From positions 1 through 64,000 of the IMG/VR virus record IMGVR_UViG_3300037190_000626: a DNA stretch of 64,000 nucleotides, one strand, 5' to 3'. Shown here piece by piece: positions 21,574-30,326 of this stretch. The DNA comes from a virus. Within the stretch, counting starts at the first letter, position 1; each line of letters begins with the position of its first letter. The position numbers and the translations under genes were made by a program. A model generated the notes under the pieces. That model was given only the letters and a program-made list of their open reading frames with translations, was not told where the DNA came from and ran no database searches.

Positions 21574-22103
21574 TGAAACTTAGCGGTAAAGAGATTCAAC
21601 GCCGGGTCGAAGATAGTTCAATTGTAATTGAGCCCTTCGACCCGGCTTTTTTAAACCCCAATTCTTACGACCTGCGTCTTGGGGAGAAGCTTCTGGTTTA
21701 TTCTGAAAAGTGCTTGGACGCAGCGAAAGACAACCAGACAGAAGAAATCGTGATCCCTACTGAGGGGCTCATGCTACTGCCCGGAGAGTTATATCTGGGA
21801 GCAACGCAGGAATATACAGAAACCCCTAATCTTATCCCCTGCATTGAAGGCAGGAGTAGCATTGGACGATTAGGGATCAGCGTTCACACCACCGCTGGGT
21901 TCGGTGACGTAGGCTTCTGTGGGACGTGGACACTGGAGATCAGTGCCACCAAGCCCGTGTATGTCTACGCTGGGATGCGTGTCTGTCAGATCTATTACGA
22001 GCTCATAGAGGGCGAGTATGACAGCTACGACTCTGCGAAATATCAGGGTCAACGTGAACCCCGACCGAGCGGAATATGGCGTGAAAAGGAGGAATGGAAA
22101 TGA
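21573..22103 (+). CDS. dcd: dCTP deaminase
   Basis: PNSYDLRLG, IEGRSSIGRLG, TAGFGDVGF.GTWTLEI, KYQGQ. Confidence 0.92.
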   Translation: MKLSGKEIQRRVEDSSIVIEPFDPAFLNPNSYDLRLGEKLLVYSEKCLDAAKDNQTEEIVIPTEGLMLLPGELYLGATQEYTETPNLIPCIEGRSSIGRLGISVHTTAGFGDVGFCGTWTLEISATKPVYVYAGMRVCQIYYELIEGEYDSYDSAKYQGQREPRPSGIWREKEEWK

Positions 22104-22521
22104 AACTTAGTGAAAAAGACAAAGTGAATCTAATAGACGCACTTAAAGAATGGAAAGAATGTATCGGTCCCAAAGAGATGGACGAGCAAGATGCTGGTTT
22201 AGACGATGACCGCTACATTGACATGATGGCCCGACTGGAAGGAACGGGAGAGAGTACGATAACGACATTATTCAAAGGCGAGTACGTGCTGGTTGATTTG
22301 GTTGATGAAACCATAGAGCTAACAGTAGAGAACAATGTATATAGTCGCTCAGAATCCTTAGAGCTTCTAGAGGAACTAAAAAGGGCGTGTGCCGCAAGTA
22401 GATTTACAAAGAAGTCGGATGCGGACGACTATTTAAGCCGCTATCCCAATCACCTTCCAAGATTGCTGGAGGAGATTGAAGGCCGCGCCGAACGTAGAGA
22501 AAATCGTAAAGGAGATGAGCA

Positions 22522-22818
22522 ATGAGTAGAGATATTAATTACCTCCGGCTGCCTGTTTATATGCAGGACTCAGTCCAGTGGTATATCGAGGCAGGGCAGC
22601 CATTTGGCCATTTCTTAACTGCGGTATTCAGTAATGATTTGTCCGGTGCTTTCGCGCATGCTGATGATGCAAACCGGGAAGCTTTGCACGATTACGTTAA
22701 ATTCCTTTACAACGAACCTATCCCCGGTGGCTGTAAAGGATCTAAAGAAAACGTTAAAGCTTGGATTAAATCAGGGGGATTAAAAGGACAAAGGAACGAA
22801 CAAAATGTACGAACATGA
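22522..22818 (+). CDS. conserved small phage protein
   Basis: GHFLTAVFSNDL...ADDANR...FLYN...GS motif. Confidence 0.55.
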   Translation: MSRDINYLRLPVYMQDSVQWYIEAGQPFGHFLTAVFSNDLSGAFAHADDANREALHDYVKFLYNEPIPGGCKGSKENVKAWIKSGGLKGQRNEQNVRT

Positions 22819-23161
22819 TTTGAGAGATATGGCAAAGAACCTAGAGGAAGCAGGTTTGCTGATCCCGGTTCTTGAGCCAGAGATGGCTGTTAAACAGGCC
22901 GCTGAGTGCATGCAAAAGTCTTGGGAAGACAAGATTGCTATTGTGTGGTGTGTAGAGGACGTTAAAAGCATGGCCACTATACGCGGACCGTTTCCTGCAA
23001 ATTCCACGATCACTGACAGCTGGATGACAGACGAAGAGGCGATGGAAATTCTGCGTTACATGCGACGTAAACACGATGCGGAAATAGGTATTAATTGGAC
23101 TGTCATTCAGCATTACGTGGATGAGCTTAAATACGAGAAGGAACAGAAGGGCAAAGAATGA
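22805..23161 (+). CDS. conserved small phage protein
   Basis: IVWCVEDV...HDAEIGINW motif. Confidence 0.5.
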   Translation: MYEHDLRDMAKNLEEAGLLIPVLEPEMAVKQAAECMQKSWEDKIAIVWCVEDVKSMATIRGPFPANSTITDSWMTDEEAMEILRYMRRKHDAEIGINWTVIQHYVDELKYEKEQKGKE

Positions 23162-23305
23162 TGGAAGATACTAAGATACTAGATGCGGTTTTAGATATGG
23201 TAGACGTCAACGTCAATGGTGACTGGTGCGGCAATGACCCGGCACAAGAGTTCCAAGAAATTGCCAATTTCATTAGAGACGAGCGTACTAAGAAGGAGCG
23301 TAACA

Positions 23306-23650
23306 ATGGCCAAGCTGAAGGAAATGAGACTGTATGACTACTTGTGTACAGTCGATAGAGTAATTGATGGCGACACTGTAGACGTTGTCATTGATATGGG
23401 CTTCTACTTGAAGCAGACGGTACGTATCCGCCTGCTGAACGTGGATACTCCCGAACGTGGCCACGACGAGTGGGGCACCGCTACGGAGGCGATTAAGGAC
23501 TTGATTAAACAAGGGGAAAAAGTCGATAAGAGATTCTGGCTTAGCACCCATAAAACAGGCAAATTCGGAAGATGGTTAGGGACCTTGGTCTCTTACGATA
23601 AAGAGATTGCTATCAACGTGACTCTTTCTGAACGTTGGCCTGCCAAGTGA
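23306..23650 (+). CDS. thermonuclease (SNase-like)
   Basis: VIDGDTVDVVIDMGF, RIRLLNVDTPE, KTGKFGRWLG; start at MAKLKE behind an AAGGAG SD. Confidence 0.85.
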   Translation: MAKLKEMRLYDYLCTVDRVIDGDTVDVVIDMGFYLKQTVRIRLLNVDTPERGHDEWGTATEAIKDLIKQGEKVDKRFWLSTHKTGKFGRWLGTLVSYDKEIAINVTLSERWPAK

Positions 23651-23746
23651 TAATGGATTATCAACATCAAATCTTTATACCGAAACTTTAAGGTTCATGA
23701 GGCAGCTAGGAGGCTGGCAATAAGTGATGCTTTACTTAAGCAATTA

Positions 23747-24388
23747 GTGGACACGGGAGTTATTAAAGGCTTCCGCGTAAACACACACCGGAGAATCCCC
23801 GATTGGGAAATTCGAAGGTACCTTAAGCAGCATGGAATGCCAGCACACTTCTTACTGGAACCCCCGGAGCCAAACGAGATACTCACCACCGGCCAGATGG
23901 CTGCTGTGATGGGTTGCAGTGTTACGGTCGTTAAAAACCTGCTTAACGCAGGAAAACTGCGAAGCTGGAGAATAAAGAAAGATCGTCGAATATATGCGGC
24001 AGATCTTCTTGAGTATTTTCAAGAGCAGCAGATGACGGGAGCTTTGGCTAATCTTGAAATACATTTAAACGGAGGAGGAAATATGAGTGAAGATAGAACA
24101 TTAACAATTAGCAAACATGAAGTCGTGATTGACCGAATGTTTGCAGAAGATACGTGGGAGTTGGCATTTGGAGACGGTGCGTGGACAAATCAGCACACAG
24201 ACGAGGATGTCTACCAAAAGCTAAAAGAGTACGAGCAAAAAGCTCTGGCATGGGACACCATGTACGATGGACTCTTACCTCCTGACGGCAATGATGCCGA
24301 CGATACAGAAGAGAACTACGAGCTAAGGGAAAAGATGGACAAACTCATAGCGACTTTGTTGTTCAACGGAATTGCGAACGGAGACTAA
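23747..24388 (+). CDS. tandem excisionase-type HTH protein, in frame with a probable separate gene starting at 24083
   Basis: Two HTH_17-like repeats (…EAARRL…GVIKGFRV…RRI, the first extending upstream of 23747; LTTGQMAAVMG…GKLRSWRI…RRI); GGAGG SD before the internal ATG at 24083. Confidence 0.6.
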   Translation: MDTGVIKGFRVNTHRRIPDWEIRRYLKQHGMPAHFLLEPPEPNEILTTGQMAAVMGCSVTVVKNLLNAGKLRSWRIKKDRRIYAADLLEYFQEQQMTGALANLEIHLNGGGNMSEDRTLTISKHEVVIDRMFAEDTWELAFGDGAWTNQHTDEDVYQKLKEYEQKALAWDTMYDGLLPPDGNDADDTEENYELREKMDKLIATLLFNGIANGD

Positions 24389-24679
24389 GTGAATAAAAAT
24401 CTATTAAAAATCGATCAGGTCGCGGAAATGCTCGCAACTCAACCTAAGACCGTCAAGAGCTGGACCAGCAAAGGATTACTGGGTGCCGTCAAATTTGGTC
24501 GGACCATTCGTTATCGACCTGAGGATGTGCAACATTTCATCGACAAGAAACTAGCGCGACATATTGCAGCTTACATGAATCAAGCGTGGGAGCATCGTAA
24601 ATATTATACTGGTCAGCATTCAATGGCAGACATAATACTAGAGGCTCTCGGAGCCTACGAAAGAGAGGAGAATAAGTAA
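24389..24679 (+). CDS. excisionase-type HTH DNA-binding protein
   Basis: LLKIDQVAEML...TVKSW...GLLGAVKFGRTIRYRPEDV. Confidence 0.75.
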   Translation: MNKNLLKIDQVAEMLATQPKTVKSWTSKGLLGAVKFGRTIRYRPEDVQHFIDKKLARHIAAYMNQAWEHRKYYTGQHSMADIILEALGAYEREENK

Positions 24680-25242
24680 TGGGTAACAGTCAGATATACG
24701 AGATCCCCGGGTTTGTCAGCAGTTCCACTTGTGGCGAGATCGTGGCGTGGCTCAAAAATAGGAAAGAGTACGAACCAGAAAACGAAGGTAACGCCCACTT
24801 CGACGGGAGAACTGTACCTTTCAACAGAATACCTGATTTGCACATAAAGCAAATGGTGGGTGCTTTTCGTTTTGACATAACATCTAAGGTCCGGGGGTTA
24901 TTTGAGGGAACGTTATATCCTGACTACACCGATCTGGTTTATTGGCCAGACGGTATGGACATGGATGTACACGCAGATGCTGCTTGGCTGGACGGGACAC
25001 CTAACTATTGTGCTTACCGAAACGTATCAGGAGTCACTTATCTAAACGATGACTACGAGGGCGGGGAAACTTATTTCCCGGCCCTTGAGTACGAGGTTAA
25101 GCCGGAGAAAGGCAAAGTAGTTTTATTCCCGTCCGATCTGCAACATAGACATGGTGTCAGGGAGGTAAAGGGAGAGAGGTATACTATGCCGATATGGTTT
25201 ACTAAAGATATATCGCATCTAGAAGTGGAGGTAGGACCGTGA
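24679..25242 (+). CDS. 2OG-Fe(II) oxygenase (prolyl-4-hydroxylase-like)
   Basis: VHAD, YLNDDYEGGETYF, HRHGVREV...RYTMPIWF. Confidence 0.88.
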   Translation: MGNSQIYEIPGFVSSSTCGEIVAWLKNRKEYEPENEGNAHFDGRTVPFNRIPDLHIKQMVGAFRFDITSKVRGLFEGTLYPDYTDLVYWPDGMDMDVHADAAWLDGTPNYCAYRNVSGVTYLNDDYEGGETYFPALEYEVKPEKGKVVLFPSDLQHRHGVREVKGERYTMPIWFTKDISHLEVEVGP

Positions 25243-26195
25243 GTAACGCGAAGGAGAAAAGTAAGTAAAAGTGTAATACAAGGAGGTGAAAAATGTTAAC
25301 GATTGAATCTGTTATAGGTTTCGCGGGATTAGTGATCGGTTTTGGGATCGTATTCCTGTGGGGCGTTCGAATTGGTCGTAACTTGCAGTACAAGGAAGTA
25401 CAAAAGGTTACTCAGTTTCTGAGTATTTTGAAGGATCGTAAGATCTTCCAGTCAGAAGAATCTATTATTGCTGCCTACACGGTGGCGGAATGGTTATCGG
25501 GAAGGCTGGAAGATATTCGTGAGACCGGGCCTTACGAGGTTTGGCCGAAAGAGGAAGTTTCTTATGAAGAGGAGAATGTAGATGAAGATTTGTGTGAGAG
25601 TAGGACTGTTATTGTTAGCGCTGACGGTGCTGGCATCTAGTGGGTGCTCGGCGCACCATCATTTTGGCGTTCAAGGGGGTGTAGATATCCCTCCGCATGG
25701 GCATAAGTAGAATATAGGGGTATATAGTATGACATTCTTCGTATACCTAGATACACAATTTGCCTCTGACGCCTCGTCGGCGGAAGAAGCAATCGAAGAA
25801 GCAACAACTCAATTAATTGAGCGACTACAGAGAGCGCAGGCCGGGGAGCGCGATCAAGTGGAATGGCTCATAGAGGAGGAAGAATAATGGGTGCATGTAC
25901 AGATTACAGGCGATATATGGTCGCCAATAAACAGGAAGCGGAAAAGCAATTTATGGCTGACCAGTGTCAGTCGGCTTACGAAGATGGGAACAATTACTCT
26001 GGCTGCATTGGCGTGATGCCAAACGGAGTTAACTGGGTGTCAGAGGTATTTCCATCCGCGTTGGACGCAGAAAGACACATCACAACCAACCACGAGAAGT
26101 GGGAGCCAGCAATGGGTGCTGAGTTCGCAGACGATGCGGGGGATACCTGCGGGTTTTCGATCGGTGGTTGGTGTTCAAGCTGAAAGGAAGTAAGA

Positions 26196-26648
26196 ATGAG
26201 TAGATATAAAGAACGAGAATCAGATGTAGTAGTGGAGGTACTTGATCTAGCGCCTGCCATTGAGGAAGCGTATTCGCAGTTTGCGAAACCAAAAGACTGG
26301 AATGGTATAGGCTTTCACACCAACCTTGCGTGGGCACGTATAGTCACGTCAAAAGGTATCTTTGTCTTGAACTCTGAGGGTGTGGGAGGTGAAGACCCCA
26401 TCTCAGAAGACAAGCCGTTAGAAATTGGTCTTTACAAGACTTTCCCTAAAGAGGAAAAGAAGGTCCAAATCTTTCCTACTGTTTGGGCCGCGCTCAATTC
26501 GAAAGACGTTGAGGATCTTCCAGTAGTGGAAGAGGTCAGCTTGAAAGATTTCATCCGGGGCTTTGGTAGTCGGCTAGAGTGCAACTTCTGGGCGTGGGAC
26601 GAGAAGTTGAAAGATAAGGAGACTGTCGATGTCAAATTGGAAAAATAG
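26196..26648 (+). CDS. hypothetical protein
   Basis: 150 aa ORF, AAGGA SD. Confidence 0.5.
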   Translation: MSRYKERESDVVVEVLDLAPAIEEAYSQFAKPKDWNGIGFHTNLAWARIVTSKGIFVLNSEGVGGEDPISEDKPLEIGLYKTFPKEEKKVQIFPTVWAALNSKDVEDLPVVEEVSLKDFIRGFGSRLECNFWAWDEKLKDKETVDVKLEK

Positions 26649-27230
26649 AAGGCATCACAGCGGCAAAAAAGCGAGGAATGATATTATGCCCGGCCATCCC
26701 CCTAAACTTTGGTATGAATTACGGGCGCAGGCAGGAAAGCTGGTGCGGAAAAAGAAGTTGACAGTAAAGGAGACTGTCTAATGGCCATGGACCCTGAGTG
26801 GCATACCAAATCTCTACATGTACTCGAAGAGTTCGTGGAAGATGTGAGAGCCGCCAATGTCGAAGGAAAGATTGCGAAGGAGTGGCCTGACCTGTTTTTG
26901 ACGTTTAAGAAAGCGTGCCACATTCTCGGAGAAGAAGCGGACGAGGGGGATGATTGAGTGAGTAGTGTTGTCAAGGAGGACTATCTATGAAGTACATTCG
27001 AACGCAGTTTAGTGTGAACGGAGACGACAGGCTCGTAGCGCAGGAAATACGCGAGACGAAGAAGGAAACGATGGGCCAGCAAACAAAGGCGGATATCAAC
27101 AGGGACGTACGGATCGCCCTGTATCGTAAGCGTTACGAGGAGGGACGAGACTTGATGACAGGAAAGCCTATTCCCCCGGAAGATCGTGACGATATTATTT
27201 ACATTAGCGAAATGAGAAGGAAAAGCGAAA

Positions 27231-27497
27231 ATGGTCGACCCAACTGAAACCTTCCGCAGAGCGGAAGTTGCTAGAATTAACACAGAAGTAGAGAGTTCAG
27301 ACAAGGATACTGAACGAGTACGATTGGAAGAAAAACACGGGCAAGTGTGGGATACCACAGAACTTCAGCAGGATTTTGAAGTGCACGGTTTTGGGGCTCC
27401 TTACATTAACGTGACACGTAAGGAAGATAATGCCAAAGGGTCGCTGGAGTTCCAGCATGCCCCGAGGTTTTATTACGGCTTCCAGTCACACCCGTAA
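27231..27497 (+). CDS. conserved small phage protein (WDT.EL..DFEV.GF.AP...GSLEFQH.PRFY)
   Basis: Motif recognised; I associate this family with Planctomycete prophage-like elements. Confidence 0.55.
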   Translation: MVDPTETFRRAEVARINTEVESSDKDTERVRLEEKHGQVWDTTELQQDFEVHGFGAPYINVTRKEDNAKGSLEFQHAPRFYYGFQSHP

Positions 27498-27532
27498 ATA
27501 CTGGAATTTATTAGAAAGGATTCGAAAACCAG

Positions 27533-27841
27533 ATGGTAGAACGATTTGGGCCTAGCGTTAGGAGAACACGACGGCCCCCTGACCCTGAGTGGTTAAAGTT
27601 TATGTCCACAGACGAGAAAGAGGCTATGCGGTTAGAGGAGTGGATGCTGACTAGTTTAGCAGACACCGGCCTATCCGTACGTGCTGTCAATTGTCTGGAA
27701 GGAAAAGGTATTTTAACCGTGAGTCAGTTATCTCAGCAAACCAATGACGATTTGTTGGGTATCGTAAACTTTGGGGTACAAACATTGGAACAATGTAAAA
27801 GACTTCTGATGAACATAGGAGTTCCCCACAGTCTAAAGTAA
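27533..27841 (+). CDS. stand-alone RNA polymerase alpha C-terminal-domain-like protein
   Basis: LSVRAVNCLEGKGILTVSQL...DDLLGIVNFGVQTL matches alphaCTD (L.VR..NCL...I..+..L...LL...N.G..SL). Confidence 0.8.
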   Translation: MVERFGPSVRRTRRPPDPEWLKFMSTDEKEAMRLEEWMLTSLADTGLSVRAVNCLEGKGILTVSQLSQQTNDDLLGIVNFGVQTLEQCKRLLMNIGVPHSLK

Positions 27842-27863
27842 GAGAAAATTTGTTTAGCAGATT

Positions 27864-27895
27864 AAGCCTAGGGTGTGTTGCCCTAGGCTTTTTTT
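27864..27895 (+). terminator. intrinsic terminator
   Basis: AAGCCTAGGG-tgtgttg-CCCTAGGCTT perfect 10-bp stem plus T-run. Confidence 0.8.
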
Positions 27896-27924
27896 ATGCA
27901 CATTTGAGACAAGGAAACGAAAAC

Positions 27925-28689
27925 ATGGCTACAGTTACGAAGACTAGCGCAAAGAAGCCTGCGGCTAACGACCCTTTCGCTAAGACGCGAATTGAGATTC
28001 CCGAAGTGAACATGGATATCTTCAAGTGTCGCCTTATTGGCGAGACCCCGTTGGTTATTCATGCGATGGGTGAAAAGAAGCGTAAGGAAATGCGCGATTT
28101 GATGGGCCCCAAGACGGCGGCCTCTAAGGTGCGACCCCCAAAGGATCAGGCGGGTGAGTACTTTGACGCAATGTATATTTTGAACAATCAGATGGACAAG
28201 GACGGTAAACGCCCTAACCCACATCACAACGATCAGGAATACAGCTACGAAGGTATCTTCGTTCCGCTGGCCTTTGAAGACGCTACTGCGGTTCATGGTG
28301 TGCGTGCTTCCGGGTTCCGGCTCGGTATGGTTCGTGCCGCTAAGAGCTGCGGTGCTGTGATGACGGACACTCGCTGTAACATGCGAGTTAGAAGTCCGTT
28401 TGGCTCGTTCGTCCCGTTGAGCTTTGAGACGGTTGTCTCCCGGGAAGACCCCGTGAAGTTGCAGGGCAACAAGACTGACCTGCGTTACCGCCCTGAGTAC
28501 ACGGGCTGGTCAGTTGACATCGAGATTGAGCACATGTCGGACATCATCGGACCAGAGCAGCTGATTCAGTTGCTGCGTATTTCTGGTCGTACGGTTGGTG
28601 TCGGCGAATGGCGTAATGAACGTGGCGGCGAGTTCGGCGCGTTCGATGTGGATCTGGACAGCGTCGAGCTGGAAAAGAAAACTCTGTAA
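27925..28689 (+). CDS. stand-alone Cas7/RAMP-fold RNA-binding protein, putative effector of the adjacent pentamer-repeat arrays (Vipr-like)
   Basis: N-terminal strand CRLIGETPLVIH, central RYRPEY.GWSVDIEIE, C-terminal Gly-rich loop SGRTVGVGEWRNERGGEFGAFDV typical of RAMPs; start at MATVTK behind AAGGA. Confidence 0.75.
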   Translation: MATVTKTSAKKPAANDPFAKTRIEIPEVNMDIFKCRLIGETPLVIHAMGEKKRKEMRDLMGPKTAASKVRPPKDQAGEYFDAMYILNNQMDKDGKRPNPHHNDQEYSYEGIFVPLAFEDATAVHGVRASGFRLGMVRAAKSCGAVMTDTRCNMRVRSPFGSFVPLSFETVVSREDPVKLQGNKTDLRYRPEYTGWSVDIEIEHMSDIIGPEQLIQLLRISGRTVGVGEWRNERGGEFGAFDVDLDSVELEKKTL

Positions 28690-28871
28690 GTAAAGGGGTA
28701 AACTATGGAACAACAAGATCACTGGCAAGACAGTATACGCATCTTGTTCGCTTGCCCTTGGCATAAAAAGATGAGGGCGTGCCAATTGCTCTGCTTGCTT
28801 TTTGTAGTGGAGTGTCGGCTTGGTTTTTATGCTTGGAGCAGAAAACTATAACTCACGTTGAAAATGGTTGT

Positions 28872-28927
28872 CCGGGGGCAGTGGTGTACTAAGTCTTAGA
28901 CTAAGTCCGAAGCTGCCCCCGGTTTTT
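28872..28927 (+). terminator. GC-rich stem-loop with T-tail (terminator or structured RNA element)
   Basis: CCGGGGGCAG (28872-28881) pairs with CTGCCCCCGG (28913-28922), followed by TTTTT. Confidence 0.55.
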
Positions 28928-28947
28928 ATCTAGAAAGAAGGTAAATT

Positions 28948-29490
28948 ATGAGTAGTGGTTACGATGTAACTGTTGAATTTAGTGCCAAGCCGACTCGTCC
29001 TCTTAGCAATAAGGTGGCTGAAGAGGTTGGTCCTGAGATTCACGCATTGATGCAGAAGAACGAGGGGGACGAGCTTACCCCGCATGAGTACTTGGATTGG
29101 GTTAAGGCAAACCCAAACAGTAAGAGTTACAGTCAGTTTGAGTGGGAAGATACAATTGCTGCGAGAAAGTGGCGAGTTCATCAAGCTCGAAATATCATCA
29201 ATTCGATTGATATTAAGGTGATTGACGAACGCGGCGACGCGGTGAGCGTTCCTGCGTTCATTCATATTACGAGGGCAGACTCGGGTGAGGATGCTCGTCA
29301 GTTGTATACTTCTTACGAAAACGTTCTGAACGACGAGGAAAGCTCTTCACAGGTGGTAGCGAGAGCTTGCCGTGATTTCCTGTCGTGGCGTCGTCGTTAC
29401 CTGCTGCTCCGGGGTAAGCTGCCACTGGCAGACATTTACGATGCGACGGACGTTCTGGCTCAAGAGCTGGAAGCACCGGAAGAAGATTAA
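28948..29490 (+). CDS. conserved partner protein between the RAMP gene and the array
   Basis: LTP..Y...K.NP.S..Y..FEW.D..AA..WR..QAR..I.SI motif of a widespread phage hypothetical family; directly upstream of array 1. Confidence 0.7.
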   Translation: MSSGYDVTVEFSAKPTRPLSNKVAEEVGPEIHALMQKNEGDELTPHEYLDWVKANPNSKSYSQFEWEDTIAARKWRVHQARNIINSIDIKVIDERGDAVSVPAFIHITRADSGEDARQLYTSYENVLNDEESSSQVVARACRDFLSWRRRYLLLRGKLPLADIYDATDVLAQELEAPEED

Positions 29491-29568
29491 TTTGGGAGCG
29501 AATAGTTAGTTTGGAAATCTCGTCAAACAGCGTCGTGGGGACGTAACGCTATTCGTGTGACATGGCAT

Positions 29569-30312
29569 GGCAGTCATGGCGAGGTGTGACATGGTGAGCT
29601 GGGGCTTGTTAAGGTCTGGCGGGGTTAGGTCAGGTAAGGCAGTCTTGGCAGGGTAAGGTGTGTTAAGGCACTGCGAGGTGGGCCACGGTTAGGCGAGGAA
29701 TGGCAGTCATGGTTAGGTTTAGCGAGGCGGGGAGAGGTGCGGCAGGGTGCGGCTGGGCAGTCATGGCATGGTGCGGTCGGTACCGGCGGGGTCAGGAGGG
29801 GTAAGGCTCGGAATGGCAGTCAAGGTGAGGTTAGGCATGGTCTGGAACGTTATGCGCTGGTTTGGAGTGGTAAGGCAGTCGTGGCGGGGTGGGGCCGGTC
29901 TGGGATAGGTCCGGTTGGGTGAGGCAGTCGAGGCGGGGTCTGGTAAGTTGCGTTAAGGCGGGGAAAGGTGGGGTGGGTTACGGCAGTCAAGGCTAGGTGT
30001 GGTGTAGTGTGTCGAGGCGGCGAAAGGTCGGGCAGGGCAGTCATGGTGAGGCGGGGTGTTGCTGGGTGTGTCTGGTTCGGGGCTGGCGAGGCAGTCATGG
30101 CAGGGGGTGGTGGGTAGCGGCGGGGTCAGGAGGGGCAAGGCAGTCATGGTGAGGTGTGACACGATGAGGTGTGACATGGTTCGGCAGTCGAGGTCGGGTC
30201 TGGTTCGATCTGGCAAGCCGAGGCGTGGTGCGTTGAGGCAGGCATGGAATGGGTGGCACGGCGCGGTCAGACCACGGTGAGTAATGGCAAGGCTAGGCAG
30301 CCATGGCGCGGA
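29569..30312 (+). repeat. array 1: 13 units of GGCAGTC-NN-(GGY-NN)7-12, putative guide-RNA array
   Basis: Heads at 29569, 29638, 29702, 29756, 29815, 29874, 29923, 29982, 30036, 30090, 30139, 30183, 30237 (GGCAGGC), 30296 (GGCAGCC); unit lengths 69, 64, 54, 59, 59, 49, 59, 54, 54, 49, 44, 54, 59, all 9+5n. Confidence 0.92.
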
Positions 30313-30326
30313 TATTAACTTTACCC

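Noticed and set aside
27850-27924. N-terminal extension of the RAMP ORF from the TTG at 27850
   Set aside because: It overlaps a terminator hairpin; the ATG at 27925 has an SD.
29569-30312. Simple microsatellite or G-quadruplex/telomere-like tract
   Set aside because: G4 folding is possible, but the NN positions are highly variable, phase is reset by a fixed head, and the NN strings decode to protein motifs; neutral slippage would not produce this.
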